From the IMG/VR virus record IMGVR_UViG_3300042462_000205: a stretch of 64,000 nt of DNA. The stretch is one strand, 5' to 3'. Shown here one piece after another: positions 28,318 through 39,101 of this stretch. The stretch comes from an uncultured virus (IMG/VR IMGVR_UViG_3300042462_000205). Its lineage: Duplodnaviria; Heunggongvirae; Uroviricota; Caudoviricetes. Under the pieces are notes generated by a model. The model saw only the letters and a program-made list of their open reading frames with translations, was not told the origin of the DNA and did no database searches. A program made the translations under genes and the position numbers. How positions within the stretch are numbered: position 1 is the stretch's first letter; each line of letters begins with the position of its first letter.

Positions 28318-28907
28318 TAACACTATCTCTACCGGCGTTGCCACAGACAACAATTAACAAAATTGCTGTTATAGCAGATTCGATGGCACGAGACAACGAG
28401 CCTAGATATTGGTTAAATAATTACCATTCAACTAACAGTGTTAATCAACAGTTCTCTGTGGCATCTGATCTAACCGCAGAAATAAATGAAATTTATGCAG
28501 AATATTTTAATCAATCCGTTACTCCAATGATTGGTGTAATGCGTAATGTAACTGACCAACCTGCATGCTTGCCACCACACTGTGACAGAGCAAGATATAT
28601 TGCAATCAATTATTATATTGACCTAGGCGGTAACAATGTTCAGACATGTTTTTATGATTACTATAGAACGTCGGATGATTTAACTGAATCTAAAAATATA
28701 ATACCAAGTGAGTTAACCCTGAGTGAGTCTGCACAGTTTAATAAAAATACATGGTATAGTTATAGTGTTCAACAATGTCATTCAGTTGAGAACATACTAA
28801 CTACAAGAACTTTTTTGGGATTGGTATTAGAAAACAATTTAACCTTTACTCAATTCTGTCAAGAATACAAAGATCTAATAGAACAAATTAACATAAAGGA
28901 ATACTAA
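28308..28907 (+). CDS. putative 2OG-Fe(II) oxygenase (paralog B)
   Basis: HCD...CHSV..R; clearly homologous to upstream gene. Confidence 0.6.
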   Translation: MSIVTLSLPALPQTTINKIAVIADSMARDNEPRYWLNNYHSTNSVNQQFSVASDLTAEINEIYAEYFNQSVTPMIGVMRNVTDQPACLPPHCDRARYIAINYYIDLGGNNVQTCFYDYYRTSDDLTESKNIIPSELTLSESAQFNKNTWYSYSVQQCHSVENILTTRTFLGLVLENNLTFTQFCQEYKDLIEQINIKEY

Positions 28908-28908
28908 A

Positions 28909-29409
28909 ATTTATATCTTAACCTTAGAAAATCAAGCATACGAAATGAACGAAATACCTGATGAAGTTGAGGATTTGCGTTTTGCTATCTTAGATAACAG
29001 TGACCCAAAGAATCCAGATTACTTCTTTATTCCGTTAATCTTCTTAGAGTCATTTAACAGTCCAGCGTTAGTATTAAACATCGGTGGTAATCTAGTTAAG
29101 ATGCCTGTGGATTGGCAGGTACTTATTGGCGAACCTGACATTGGTGACTTAGAAGTAATACCACTTACATCAATCAATGACCGTGGCTTTAGTGTATTTG
29201 CATTTAATCCATTAAGTAGTTTCAAACCAGAGTTCTTTAACATTGAGATTGTAGACATTTACCAAGATGTTAAATGGTATTTCCCTAAATTAAAACCTGG
29301 ACAGATGTTAGCAGTACCGATTGAATCAGGCGACTCACCTTTGTGCGCATACTTTGTCAAAGACATTAGTCGTCAGAGTGAAATTGTAGACTACAGTAAG
29401 ATATGGTAA
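28909..29409 (+). CDS. hypothetical phage protein, probable ATT start (track start 28945)
   Basis: AAGGA 8 nt before in-frame ATT, directly after upstream stop. Confidence 0.7.
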   Translation: MYILTLENQAYEMNEIPDEVEDLRFAILDNSDPKNPDYFFIPLIFLESFNSPALVLNIGGNLVKMPVDWQVLIGEPDIGDLEVIPLTSINDRGFSVFAFNPLSSFKPEFFNIEIVDIYQDVKWYFPKLKPGQMLAVPIESGDSPLCAYFVKDISRQSEIVDYSKIW

Positions 29410-29627
29410 TTAAACTTAATCCTAGTGTGATCACAGACGACATGATGTACGAAGGTGTAGTAGCATTAGATGATACTGAACTTATAGATTCGATGGCTCA
29501 GATACGAGAAGATAAATTATGGGGTGAGATTCGTCGAGCGGCTAAAACAAATAAGTCTTTACAAACCGCACTGGATCATGCTATAATGATATATAAGTTA
29601 TCAAAGGAATATAAAGATGGCATATAA
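29403..29627 (+). CDS. hypothetical protein
   Basis: Overlapping operon structure. Confidence 0.65.
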   Translation: MVIKLNPSVITDDMMYEGVVALDDTELIDSMAQIREDKLWGEIRRAAKTNKSLQTALDHAIMIYKLSKEYKDGI

Positions 29628-29856
29628 TCCAGCCCAATTTAAAGCAAAGAAAAAACGTGCAGTGGATCCAAATGCACCACCGCGTCCTAACCTGCTGTCG
29701 CATGACAAGGTTATCAGAGAACAAAAAGATGTTATTATGGAGTTGCAACTACAACTACGTAGACAATCTGAGGAATTGGAAAGTCTTAAGAACAAATATA
29801 ATAACATGCAACAAAGCATAACTGGAATTCTTAGCTATTTACGCAAGGGTAAATGA
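29617..29856 (+). CDS. coiled-coil hypothetical protein
   Basis: AAGGA RBS, heptad pattern. Confidence 0.7.
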   Translation: MAYNPAQFKAKKKRAVDPNAPPRPNLLSHDKVIREQKDVIMELQLQLRRQSEELESLKNKYNNMQQSITGILSYLRKGK

Positions 29857-30320
29857 TGAGCAGTAGTTTACAAATCAACGATGAGATGGCAGCATATGAT
29901 CGCAAAGATCGTGCTTACTATGATAACTTTACAGAAGAGGATCGTAAGAAGTTCAGCACCTATCTAATGCTACGCTATGGTGCTAGTGTTACTGGGTCAA
30001 GTGACCTACAGGCATATTATCTATTGGCAGTAAATGAGCGTGTAAACAAAAACTTCTTTGACCTAAACAAACACACTAAGTTACAATGGCTATGTTGTAC
30101 AACTGTAAGTCCGGGCATGGGCAGACAAAGTCATTATTGGCAGGGCACTAAGAAGAAAGAAGGCAACAGCAAAGCATCAAAATTTCTTGCTAAACTATAT
30201 CCTAACCTACGTGAAGATGAAATTGATGTGCTGGTGGCAATTAACGATACTAAAAGTCTTAAACTATTAGGACAACAGCTAGGCATGGATGATAAGACCA
30301 TTAAGAAAGAGTTGGAATGA
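29853..30320 (+). CDS. putative clamp loader small subunit (gp62-like)
   Basis: Y..FT.E.RKKFS.YL pattern, replication context; weak recall. Confidence 0.45.
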   Translation: MMSSSLQINDEMAAYDRKDRAYYDNFTEEDRKKFSTYLMLRYGASVTGSSDLQAYYLLAVNERVNKNFFDLNKHTKLQWLCCTTVSPGMGRQSHYWQGTKKKEGNSKASKFLAKLYPNLREDEIDVLVAINDTKSLKLLGQQLGMDDKTIKKELE

Positions 30321-31060
30321 TTGATGAAATAGTATCAGCTTGGAACGAAGGTAAAACTGACATAGAAGCCGCACCAACATATACCTGTAAATATTGTTCA
30401 AAGGAATTTCGTAAGGAAAGTACTTTGGCCGCGCATCTGTGTGAGCCTAAACGTCGTTGGCAACAGGAAAAGGAAGTAGGTGTACAGTTTGGTCTACAAG
30501 CATACCTACGCTTCTTTGAACTAACACAAGGGTCGGCTAAACTAAAGAGCTATGCTGACTTTGTTTCGAGTCCATACTACACAGCGTTTGTTAAATTTGG
30601 TCGTCATATTATTGGTATACGTGCTGTGAATCCACGTGCATTTATTGAATATGTAATTAAACAAAACAAAAAGATTGACCATTGGACACATGAGGTTGTA
30701 TACTTAGAATACCTGCATCAGTATATGCGTAAAGAAGCAGTACAAGATGCACTTGAGCGAGCCTTAACGGAGATGCAGAATTATGTGGACGAAAATACAG
30801 CATTATTTCCCAACGGGTTTAAGGACTATTTTAGACGGGCTAATGCGAATCGTGTATGCCATCACATTGCCAATGGCCGTATTAGTCCTTGGATTGTGTT
30901 TAACTGCGATTCGGGTATTGCTTTCTTGGATACCTTGGGTGAGGAGCAAGTTACTCAAATAATTAGTATGATTGACCCAGAGTATTGGCAACGTAAGTTT
31001 AAAGATTACCTAGCCGATACTGAATGGACTAGACAAATATTAACAGCCGCTGGACTATAA
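30317..31060 (+). CDS. zinc-finger-containing hypothetical protein
   Basis: YTCKYCSKEF..LAAHLC. Confidence 0.7.
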   Translation: MIDEIVSAWNEGKTDIEAAPTYTCKYCSKEFRKESTLAAHLCEPKRRWQQEKEVGVQFGLQAYLRFFELTQGSAKLKSYADFVSSPYYTAFVKFGRHIIGIRAVNPRAFIEYVIKQNKKIDHWTHEVVYLEYLHQYMRKEAVQDALERALTEMQNYVDENTALFPNGFKDYFRRANANRVCHHIANGRISPWIVFNCDSGIAFLDTLGEEQVTQIISMIDPEYWQRKFKDYLADTEWTRQILTAAGL

Positions 31061-31227
31061 TGACCGATATAACAAAATTAACCTCCGAAGTAATTAACAT
31101 GCGAACTGACGTACTTTATCTAGTTCGCCTAGTAGAAAAATTAGAAGTTAAGATTAATAAACTTGAACAGACTGTGGCTAATCCACCAATGGATCCGTTT
31201 AAGGGAAAGATTATTGAAAAACTATGA
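31060..31227 (+). CDS. small coiled-coil protein (55 aa)
   Basis: Hand-translated; TAATG and ATGA overlaps on both sides. Confidence 0.6.
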   Translation: MTDITKLTSEVINMRTDVLYLVRLVEKLEVKINKLEQTVANPPMDPFKGKIIEKL

Positions 31228-31805
31228 AATTTAAAAGTGACATCGACATAGACTTTGCTGACAGAGATGAAGTAATTCGTTTACTTGATGTCACACCTGC
31301 TAGTATATTACGTGATGGTAAATTAGTCCGTCATAACACAGGTGTGTATGCCACTGATGTTCCTATAGATCCGTTTACTGGGCAGGCAAGTTTAGATTAT
31401 AATCTAGCTGAAGATAGAGGCTATGTTAAATTAGATTTTCTTAATGTGAACTTATATAAACAAGTACGTGATGAAACTCATTTAATTGAACTGATGCAGG
31501 AACCAGATTGGACTCGATTATATGATCCGGAGATATGTGCAAAACTAATGCACGTTAATGGGCACTATGATTTGTTATTGCAGATGCCTGAACCTGTAGA
31601 TACTATTCCTAGACTGGCTATGTTCTTAGCTATTATTCGTCCAGCCAAACGTAACCTAGCTGGTAAGACATGGAAGGAAGTAGCTGAGACTGTTTGGGAT
31701 CGACCTAGTGATGATACTTATTACTTCAAACGTGCCCATGCCGTTTCCTACGCACAACTTGTAGTCGTTAACCTTAACTTACTTACATCTTCCGAATTAA
31801 AGTAA
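31224..31805 (+). CDS. dnaE: miniature DNA polymerase III alpha (family C) catalytic-core-like protein
   Basis: SDIDIDF, HNTGVY, GYVKLDFL, LAIIRP, YFKRAHAVSYA in DnaE order. Confidence 0.8.
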   Translation: MKFKSDIDIDFADRDEVIRLLDVTPASILRDGKLVRHNTGVYATDVPIDPFTGQASLDYNLAEDRGYVKLDFLNVNLYKQVRDETHLIELMQEPDWTRLYDPEICAKLMHVNGHYDLLLQMPEPVDTIPRLAMFLAIIRPAKRNLAGKTWKEVAETVWDRPSDDTYYFKRAHAVSYAQLVVVNLNLLTSSELK

Positions 31806-32199
31806 TACTACGACGTTTACTTCTTTTCGACGCAATTTCTCTTAGACTTACATACGGCCCGTGTTGTATTACAACATCTTTGCTGTTGAATGTTTTTAAA
31901 CAAACCCTAAACTCTGTCCAATCCTGCTTTAAAAATACGTTAATGGGTATAAGCCTATTACTTTCCCACCACCACTGATCAGCCATGGCTAAAAACATTG
32001 TTTTTTGCTCTATGGTACGCAGTGCAGCAAAGTCATATATAGTGGTGATGAATTCATCTGCATTTTGAACAATGCCAATATAATCATTTCCTCCATACGT
32101 TATGAACGATAAGAAGGGATATTGATCGAGTAAATTCTTGTAACTGTCTTCCATTGGAATCCGTATAAATATGTGATAAGGGATAAAACACAGTGCCAC
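31783..32199 (-). CDS. hypothetical phage protein (start probably at MEDSY, about 32154)
   Basis: WWWESNRLIPINVFLK, basic C-terminus. Confidence 0.7.
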   Translation of the reverse strand: MALCFIPYHIFIRIPMEDSYKNLLDQYPFLSFITYGGNDYIGIVQNADEFITTIYDFAALRTIEQKTMFLAMADQWWWESNRLIPINVFLKQDWTEFRVCLKTFNSKDVVIQHGPYVSLREIASKRSKRRSITLIRKM

Positions 32200-32693
32200 T
32201 CATCACAAGTTATTTATATGAAAATAAAATGGTAGTTCAGATTATGGATTACTCGGATCCCACAATTAAAACAAGGAACAGAGTCGTGTATAGCCGCCCA
32301 ATCACAGTATATCAAGGTATAGATAATCCTATACAGGTCATAGTTAAAAACCAAGATCAAAAAAATGTCAACTTAACAGGCTATGCTGTACAGGTAGATA
32401 TACAAGATCCTGTAAATGAAGTTACAGCCTACAGTTTTGCTGTGACTTATAGTAATATAGCATTGGGTATTGGTACATTTATATTAGATAAAGACACTGT
32501 GAACAGTTTAGAAGTTAGACAATATAAACTAACAGTTAGAACTATTCGAGATAGTGATGCCAGCGAAGTTCCTTTATATGCAGATGATAACTTCACTGCT
32601 CCTTTAGATTTAATTGTCAAACCGGCATACTACGGCACAACAGTTACCCCAGCGGGCTTTACGGAAACAGTTATTGACAGTGGAAGTTTATAA
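32193..32693 (+). CDS. BppU-N-like baseplate/fibre-associated protein
   Basis: VYQGIDNPIQVIVKNQDQK.VNLTG beta-sandwich pattern; TATAAATA upstream. Confidence 0.55.
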   Translation: MPLITSYLYENKMVVQIMDYSDPTIKTRNRVVYSRPITVYQGIDNPIQVIVKNQDQKNVNLTGYAVQVDIQDPVNEVTAYSFAVTYSNIALGIGTFILDKDTVNSLEVRQYKLTVRTIRDSDASEVPLYADDNFTAPLDLIVKPAYYGTTVTPAGFTETVIDSGSL

Positions 32694-35600
32694 TGACTAC
32701 AGCTAATGTTCAAGTTACTAAAGTACTGCTGAAACGCGGTAATACAATACAAAATAATGCCTATACCGGTGTCTACGGTGAATTAAGTATAGACATGCAG
32801 GCCAACGCACTGCGCATACACGATGGTGTTGTAGCAGGTGGTAATGTAGTTAGTGGTAGCGGTGGTAGTGGATCGTATGCTAACAGTAATGTGTTTAGCT
32901 ACTTAACAAATACATCAACTACAATAACTTCTTTGCGAGTTACCACAGCAGCAATAGCGCAAATTAACGGTACTAACCCGGGTAGTGAATTAGTAATTCA
33001 AACCGGTGGATCACATAACTTTAATTTTAAAGGTTCTGGTAATTTAGAAGTACCCGGTAGTATTTTACCCACAGCCAACGTAGCATATTCTTTAGGTAGC
33101 GCAACACGTCAATGGAAAGACCTATGGGTTAGCAATAACACAATCTATATCAATAGCATTCCGTTGAGCATTAATAATAACGGTAACTTAACTATCAATG
33201 GGCAAGAGGTTGCTCGAGGCCCTCAAGGCAACATTGGTGCTACTGGCGCACAAGGCGCACAAGGCATACAGGGAAATGTTGGTCCACAGGGCCCACAAGG
33301 AAATGTCGGCCCACAGGGCCCACAAGGAATACAGGGTATACAGGGAAATGTTGGCGCACAGGGCAGTACCGGCCCACAAGGGATACAGGGCAACGTTGGT
33401 GCTACTGGCGCACAAGGCGCACAGGGCATACAGGGAAATGTTGGCCCAGCAGGAAGCCAAGGCATACAGGGAAATACAGGCCCACAAGGTAGCCAGGGGA
33501 TACAGGGCATACAGGGAAATGTTGGCCCAGCAGGAAGCCAAGGCATACAGGGAAATACTGGTCCACAAGGTAGCCAGGGGATACAGGGCATACAAGGCAA
33601 CGTCGGCGAACAAGGACCGCGAGGCTTCACTGGTAACGTCGGCGAACAAGGACCACAGGGCGATACAGGACCACAAGGCAACACCGGAGCACAGGGAACA
33701 AGTGTAACCTTATTAGGTAGTGTAGACATTGTAGGTAACTTGCCTGTGACTGCTAACGTAGGTGAGGGTTGGATTGTACAAGCTGATGGTGATTTGTATC
33801 TATGGAACACTATATCAAGCGTATGGAATAACATCGGACAAATTGTAGGACCACAAGGAGATGCTGGTCCTGCGGGGCCACGTGGCTTTACAGGAAATGT
33901 TGGCGCAGAAGGTCCACAGGGCATTCAAGGCAATGTAGGACCCCAGGGTGAACAAGGAATACAAGGCAATGTAGGACCCCAGGGTGAACAAGGAATACAA
34001 GGCAATGTAGGTCCACAAGGCGAACAAGGCGAACAAGGGATACAAGGCAATGTAGGTCCACAAGGCACACAAGGGATACAAGGGAATATCGGACCACAAG
34101 GGTCACAAGGACCACAAGGCATACAAGGAAATGTAGGACCTCAGGGCGAACAGGGAATCCGGGGAAATGTTGGTCTACAAGGCGATCCAGGTCCTCAAGG
34201 CGAACAAGGCGTGCCAGGCGACCCCGGTTCACAAGGCGATCCAGGACCACAAGGCGATCCAGGTCCACAAGGCGATCCCGGAGCAGATGCACTATGGAAT
34301 TTCACTGGTGCGTATGGTGGTGGCAATAGTTATGCCGTTGGTGATATTGCTACCTACGCAGGAGAGACTTGGTATCGCCTTAATGCTAATGGTGGCAACA
34401 CAGGGGATACCCCCGCCGAAGGAACATTTTGGACTAAGATAGCAGCCAAAGGTACAGATGGTGGTGGTGGCAATGTAGACCTAGGCAAGTTTAAGATTGT
34501 AACCGATACCGGCGTTGCTTACCTTAGCACAACAGACGATGCTGATGGTTATGGCGGGTACGACATAACCATTACACCTTCGGAAATGGGTTCTGCTTTT
34601 ATCCGAATACCCAACAATGCAAATGCCGAACTCGGAGAGTCATTAACAATTAACTCATTAGCAGCCAATAGTTCGGTACAGATCAATACCGACTGGTCAG
34701 ACCCTTGGACCTTTGGCTCAGATGGTAACTTAACATTACCGCAGGGCAGCGTCATTGGTGAAACAGCCACTACTACAGTTATATCACCACCCGGAGCAGC
34801 CGCTGGACAGAGTTTAGTTATTCGCCCAACTACTTCAGCATGGAGTGTAACGGCCAGTGGTAACATTGTGTATGGCAATTCAATTACCATCTCAGTTACT
34901 CAAAATTCTCCAGAAGATGGTTATTTTGGAACAATTAACTATGAGATCACTGGTACTGGGTTAACTTCACAAACATTGGGTCGAGCACTAACTGGTAAAG
35001 TAGTTTTTTCAGGGCCAGGGCCTGAAACAGAAACAGTTACTTGGACTATACCTGCTAACAGCACTATCTCTGAATTTACTTTTACGTTAACTACACCCGA
35101 CGGTACAGAATCAACTGGTCCCGGCGAAACAGATCCGGCACTATACTATAGTTTTTCAAACAACGGTATGCCCGCAGGCTACCTTGTTAATGTAACTAAC
35201 AACGGCATATCTAATAATGACGCAAGTCACGTTCACCTAGTAGCAGGCGATCCCACAACAACTGACATATATTTAGGTGATGATGACCAGTATGTCAAGA
35301 TTGAAAAGAATGGTGGCAATGTTGTTATTGGAACTGATGCAAATACCAATCACTGGACATTTGACACCAATGGTGTACTGACATTCCCTGGTGGCGATAT
35401 GTCTATTGGTAACTCAAATGGTTCTGAGGGTATATTTGGAAGTGCCAACGCACAAATAGGCATTTTATCACAAGGATCGAGTGGCGCTGCCACTTTGCAA
35501 TGGATAGACGACCCTGAAGATCCAACAGCAGTTGCGGCTGTGGTAGTCAACAGTCTGTTTGCTAATATCGGTGACATTCAAATAGTAACAGGTAACATCG

Positions 35601-35890
35601 GTAACATTGGTAATGTTGGTCCAACTCTAGAGCATAGTTGGACATTTAACAACACTGGTGGATTGGTATTCCCAGATAACACAGTACAAACCACAGCCTA
35701 TAGAAATATTGCCCAAGACAATCTAATGTTAGATGGTGGTGCGGCAGCAACAATATATGAAGTAACAGTAAACTACGCAGAAGGCGGATTTTCATCAACA
35801 CGATATGGAGTAAACACACCGTCGTTTAATGGAGGTAGTGCAGATCTTGACGAACCTGTACAGTATACATTAGACGGAGGCGGAGCATAA
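32693..35890 (+). CDS. tail fibre with collagen-like triple-helix repeats
   Basis: N-terminal LLKRG..YTG..GELSID..LRIHDG module, long G-X-Y tracts, WTFG..G.LT.P repeats. Confidence 0.85.
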   Translation: MTTANVQVTKVLLKRGNTIQNNAYTGVYGELSIDMQANALRIHDGVVAGGNVVSGSGGSGSYANSNVFSYLTNTSTTITSLRVTTAAIAQINGTNPGSELVIQTGGSHNFNFKGSGNLEVPGSILPTANVAYSLGSATRQWKDLWVSNNTIYINSIPLSINNNGNLTINGQEVARGPQGNIGATGAQGAQGIQGNVGPQGPQGNVGPQGPQGIQGIQGNVGAQGSTGPQGIQGNVGATGAQGAQGIQGNVGPAGSQGIQGNTGPQGSQGIQGIQGNVGPAGSQGIQGNTGPQGSQGIQGIQGNVGEQGPRGFTGNVGEQGPQGDTGPQGNTGAQGTSVTLLGSVDIVGNLPVTANVGEGWIVQADGDLYLWNTISSVWNNIGQIVGPQGDAGPAGPRGFTGNVGAEGPQGIQGNVGPQGEQGIQGNVGPQGEQGIQGNVGPQGEQGEQGIQGNVGPQGTQGIQGNIGPQGSQGPQGIQGNVGPQGEQGIRGNVGLQGDPGPQGEQGVPGDPGSQGDPGPQGDPGPQGDPGADALWNFTGAYGGGNSYAVGDIATYAGETWYRLNANGGNTGDTPAEGTFWTKIAAKGTDGGGGNVDLGKFKIVTDTGVAYLSTTDDADGYGGYDITITPSEMGSAFIRIPNNANAELGESLTINSLAANSSVQINTDWSDPWTFGSDGNLTLPQGSVIGETATTTVISPPGAAAGQSLVIRPTTSAWSVTASGNIVYGNSITISVTQNSPEDGYFGTINYEITGTGLTSQTLGRALTGKVVFSGPGPETETVTWTIPANSTISEFTFTLTTPDGTESTGPGETDPALYYSFSNNGMPAGYLVNVTNNGISNNDASHVHLVAGDPTTTDIYLGDDDQYVKIEKNGGNVVIGTDANTNHWTFDTNGVLTFPGGDMSIGNSNGSEGIFGSANAQIGILSQGSSGAATLQWIDDPEDPTAVAAVVVNSLFANIGDIQIVTGNIGNIGNVGPTLEHSWTFNNTGGLVFPDNTVQTTAYRNIAQDNLMLDGGAAATIYEVTVNYAEGGFSSTRYGVNTPSFNGGSADLDEPVQYTLDGGGA
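33216..34285 (+). repeat. collagen-coding tandem repeats (two tracts; 9/36/81-nt periodicity)
   Basis: 81-nt unit 33421-33501 repeated 33502-33582 with 2 mismatches; 36-nt [12 protein letters not shown] units about 33920-34130. Confidence 0.9.
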
Positions 35891-35891
35891 C

Positions 35892-38800
35892 ATGGCAAAC
35901 AGAATACAATTTAGAAGAGATACATCCGCAAACTGGACTAGAGTCAATCCTGTATTAGAGGATGGCGAGCCAGGGTTAGAAACAGATACCAACTATATCA
36001 AGTATGGTGATGGTAATACTGCTTGGGTAGACTTAGACTATGCCAGCACCGGCGGGTCGGGCAATGCCTTAGTAAACAATGATGCTACTGTTAGTTTAGG
36101 TGCAGATGGTGTACTAACATTACCAAATGGGGGTACAATTAAAGAAGGCATTGTTACCAGCAATCCAACTATTCAACTTATACCAGCAAGCCCAGATGTA
36201 GTCAGTCAGAAGTTGGTGATCAAAGGTGGCGGCTCTTACATTTATACTGACAACGGCATAGAGATAAATTATTACGTCAATACTGCTATAGTTGGTGATA
36301 CTCTTACTTTCTATGTTTATTCAGATACGTATGCTGATCAAACACTATACTGGTGGATCTATCCAACAGGTGCTAACTTAGCAACTCCAAGTTCTGGTAC
36401 AGTAGCATTAACTGGCACCGGTGGCGAATTTACTATTCTCATCGACAGTGACGCCTATGAATTTACTGTGCGTGTATCACCCGAAAACAATAACTATGAT
36501 CCTGCGACTATAGGTGTTGAATCGGGTTTAATTAACAGTGAAGCACCTACATACGGCGGTGATCATCACTTACACTTGACCACAGGTGATTTAACAGAAA
36601 CTAGTATCTTCTTGGGCACAGACAATCACAATGTGCGTACTACCAATAGCGGCAACATACAAATAACCACACCTGGTGAAAGTAACAATGTTTGGAACTT
36701 TGACTACGTAGGTAAACTAACATTACCGAGTGGTGCTACAATTTTAGAAAGCACTTATCTCAGTGCCGACAGTATTAGATTAAAACCTAACGGTGGTACT
36801 AGCACACAGTACTTAGAAATAGCACCTACTGCGGTAGATGGCAATCACGTACACCTAATGGCAGGTAGTGGTACTGAACTGTTCCTGGGTGATGACAACC
36901 AATATGTTAAATTAGCCAACACTGGCGGCGTAGTAATCAACAGCAACAATAGCTTAGGCAATACTGCACAGTGGACCTTTGGCACAAATGGCAATTTAAT
37001 ATTGCCGCAGACTAATATGCAGACTAGTCCGGCGCCAATAAGTTGGCCCGGTATTACATTCAGTGATGGCACATTCCAAAAAACAGCGGCTACTGGTAAC
37101 ACATTAGTAAATGGTGCGTACACAGTTAGCCTAGACAATACTGGTACATTAACTACTCCGGGTAATGTTACTATAGGTTCAGGCTACGGTAATATTAGTC
37201 AAATTGATACTATATTTGCCAACAACTACGTTTATGCCAACGGTGTAAGCATTTTAGATGGCATAGGTAGCAACTATGGCAACACCGAAGTGAACACATA
37301 CCTAACCAACTATGATGGCGACATTAACTTTACTTCGAGTGTGGCCATCATTAGCAACGTAGATGTGATCACGGTGTTGGACCACATACGAAGTCCAGCC
37401 TACCAATACAGCAACGGTGTGAGTATCTTAGATGGATTCAGCAGCAACACTGCTAATCTTTGGAATAACGGATATACAGTTAGCCTAGGCAGTGATGGTA
37501 CGACAACATTCCCAGACCATGGCGCTGTGACAATGACTGGTAATCTAACAGTTGGTAACCTAACAGTCAATGGCAATGTTACATATATCAATACAGAAAC
37601 TTATGTGGTTTCTGACAACATTCCGCAGTTTGCCACAGGCAATCCGGCAGATACATTGGATCTAGGTTTTGTAGCACATAGAACAGTAAACAGTACATTA
37701 CAGCATACTGGTTTAGTACGTGATAGCAGTGCAGGCAATTGGAAACTATTCAGCAATGTCACAGCACAACCAGGTAGTACAGTTGACTTTGCTAATGTTG
37801 TCTACGACAATTTACAACTAGGCACAGTATATTCTAGTCTAATATCAACAACAAACTTACACATTGAGGGCACAGCACCAAGTACTAATCTAGGCTCTAC
37901 AGGCGACCTTGAAGGCGATATACGTGTAGACGACAATTATGTTTATTACTGTACAGCAGACTGGGTAGCAAGTTCTTGGACGGTAGGTTGGGAAGGTTCT
38001 ACAAGCAATACACTTTTCTTAACAAAAGGGGCGTATCCAACTCCGCAGGTAGGCTGGATTGTTGATTTTGATGATTACGGACCGTGGACTATTGATACTG
38101 TAACAGACAACGGAACTAATTGGCAAATCACATGGGTTGGCGCCACCTTTGGATCACCTAGCGGCGGTACTGCCTCATTAACAAATCCGAACCCATCTGT
38201 AATCTGGAAAACCGTTCCACTTACAGCGTTTGGTAATGTGGCATACACTAATGCTAATGTAGCAAGTTATCTAACAACCTACACAGGCAACATCGGCAAT
38301 GTTAAAACAACAGCCAATGTAATTACCACAGGTTACTTTGTAGGTAACGGCGCACTGCTAACTGGTATTGTAGCAGGCTCAACATATTCAAATGCTAATG
38401 TAACATCATACTTGCCTACACATAGTGGTAATATTAGTGGCACGATAACTACAGCTGCACAAACTAACATTACCACAATAGGCACATTGGGTAATTTATC
38501 GGTAACCGGAAATGTCACAGCCGGTAATGTTTCAACTTCAGGTAATGTAACTGCAGCATACTTTGTTACTACAGGTGGATTTGGTAACATCAGTCAAGTT
38601 GATACTATTACTGCTAACACTGTGAACTCTACAAGTAGTATCAGAGTCAGTGGTAATATTGCGGTCAACGGTCCAGCGTTTGGTGCCTACGCAAACACCG
38701 CTGTTCAAACTATAACAACAGGCACCCAACAAAAAGTTCAGTTTCAAGTTGAGGAATACGATACAAATAGTAATTTTGCTAATTCACGATTTACTCCAAC

Positions 38801-39101
38801 AGCATCTGGTATCTATCAGTTTAATGCTGAGGTTCGCTTTGATGGGTCATATGGTACAGGTGAAAGTATGATTGTGCTATATAAAAACGGAGTTGAACAT
38901 AAACGCGGTTGGAATGCTTCTGGTGTAAACTGGGCATCAACTTTAGGAGCAATGACTATAAGCACTCAAGCAATGGCTAACGGAACAGGTGACTATTTTG
39001 AGATTTATGTTCAGCAGACTAGCGGAGGCAATCTATCTATTACCGCTGTAAATAACCCTGCTATAACTTGGTTTAACGGCTGTATGCTTAGAGGTCTGTA
39101 A
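35892..39101 (+). CDS. tail fibre/adhesin (Mtd-N-like N-terminus, C1q-like C-terminus)
   Basis: IQFRRDTSANW..NPVL..GEPGLETDT..KYGDG; C-terminal AFGA..FTPTASGIYQF..YFEIYV. Confidence 0.85.
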   Translation: MANRIQFRRDTSANWTRVNPVLEDGEPGLETDTNYIKYGDGNTAWVDLDYASTGGSGNALVNNDATVSLGADGVLTLPNGGTIKEGIVTSNPTIQLIPASPDVVSQKLVIKGGGSYIYTDNGIEINYYVNTAIVGDTLTFYVYSDTYADQTLYWWIYPTGANLATPSSGTVALTGTGGEFTILIDSDAYEFTVRVSPENNNYDPATIGVESGLINSEAPTYGGDHHLHLTTGDLTETSIFLGTDNHNVRTTNSGNIQITTPGESNNVWNFDYVGKLTLPSGATILESTYLSADSIRLKPNGGTSTQYLEIAPTAVDGNHVHLMAGSGTELFLGDDNQYVKLANTGGVVINSNNSLGNTAQWTFGTNGNLILPQTNMQTSPAPISWPGITFSDGTFQKTAATGNTLVNGAYTVSLDNTGTLTTPGNVTIGSGYGNISQIDTIFANNYVYANGVSILDGIGSNYGNTEVNTYLTNYDGDINFTSSVAIISNVDVITVLDHIRSPAYQYSNGVSILDGFSSNTANLWNNGYTVSLGSDGTTTFPDHGAVTMTGNLTVGNLTVNGNVTYINTETYVVSDNIPQFATGNPADTLDLGFVAHRTVNSTLQHTGLVRDSSAGNWKLFSNVTAQPGSTVDFANVVYDNLQLGTVYSSLISTTNLHIEGTAPSTNLGSTGDLEGDIRVDDNYVYYCTADWVASSWTVGWEGSTSNTLFLTKGAYPTPQVGWIVDFDDYGPWTIDTVTDNGTNWQITWVGATFGSPSGGTASLTNPNPSVIWKTVPLTAFGNVAYTNANVASYLTTYTGNIGNVKTTANVITTGYFVGNGALLTGIVAGSTYSNANVTSYLPTHSGNISGTITTAAQTNITTIGTLGNLSVTGNVTAGNVSTSGNVTAAYFVTTGGFGNISQVDTITANTVNSTSSIRVSGNIAVNGPAFGAYANTAVQTITTGTQQKVQFQVEEYDTNSNFANSRFTPTASGIYQFNAEVRFDGSYGTGESMIVLYKNGVEHKRGWNASGVNWASTLGAMTISTQAMANGTGDYFEIYVQQTSGGNLSITAVNNPAITWFNGCMLRGL

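Noticed and set aside
33216..34285. CRISPR array
   Set aside because: Repeats are in-frame, contiguous and coding, with no unique spacers or cas genes
27715..34285. 2OG oxygenases as collagen prolyl-4-hydroxylases for the fibre
   Set aside because: Most prolines are in the X position (G-P-Q); only a few G-D-P/G-V-P triplets fit, and nothing else links them
33188..34442. Cys/Pro-rich repetitive ORFs on other frames and strand (PCGP repeats) as RiPP or metallothionein candidates
   Set aside because: Frame artefacts of the collagen G-X-Y codons
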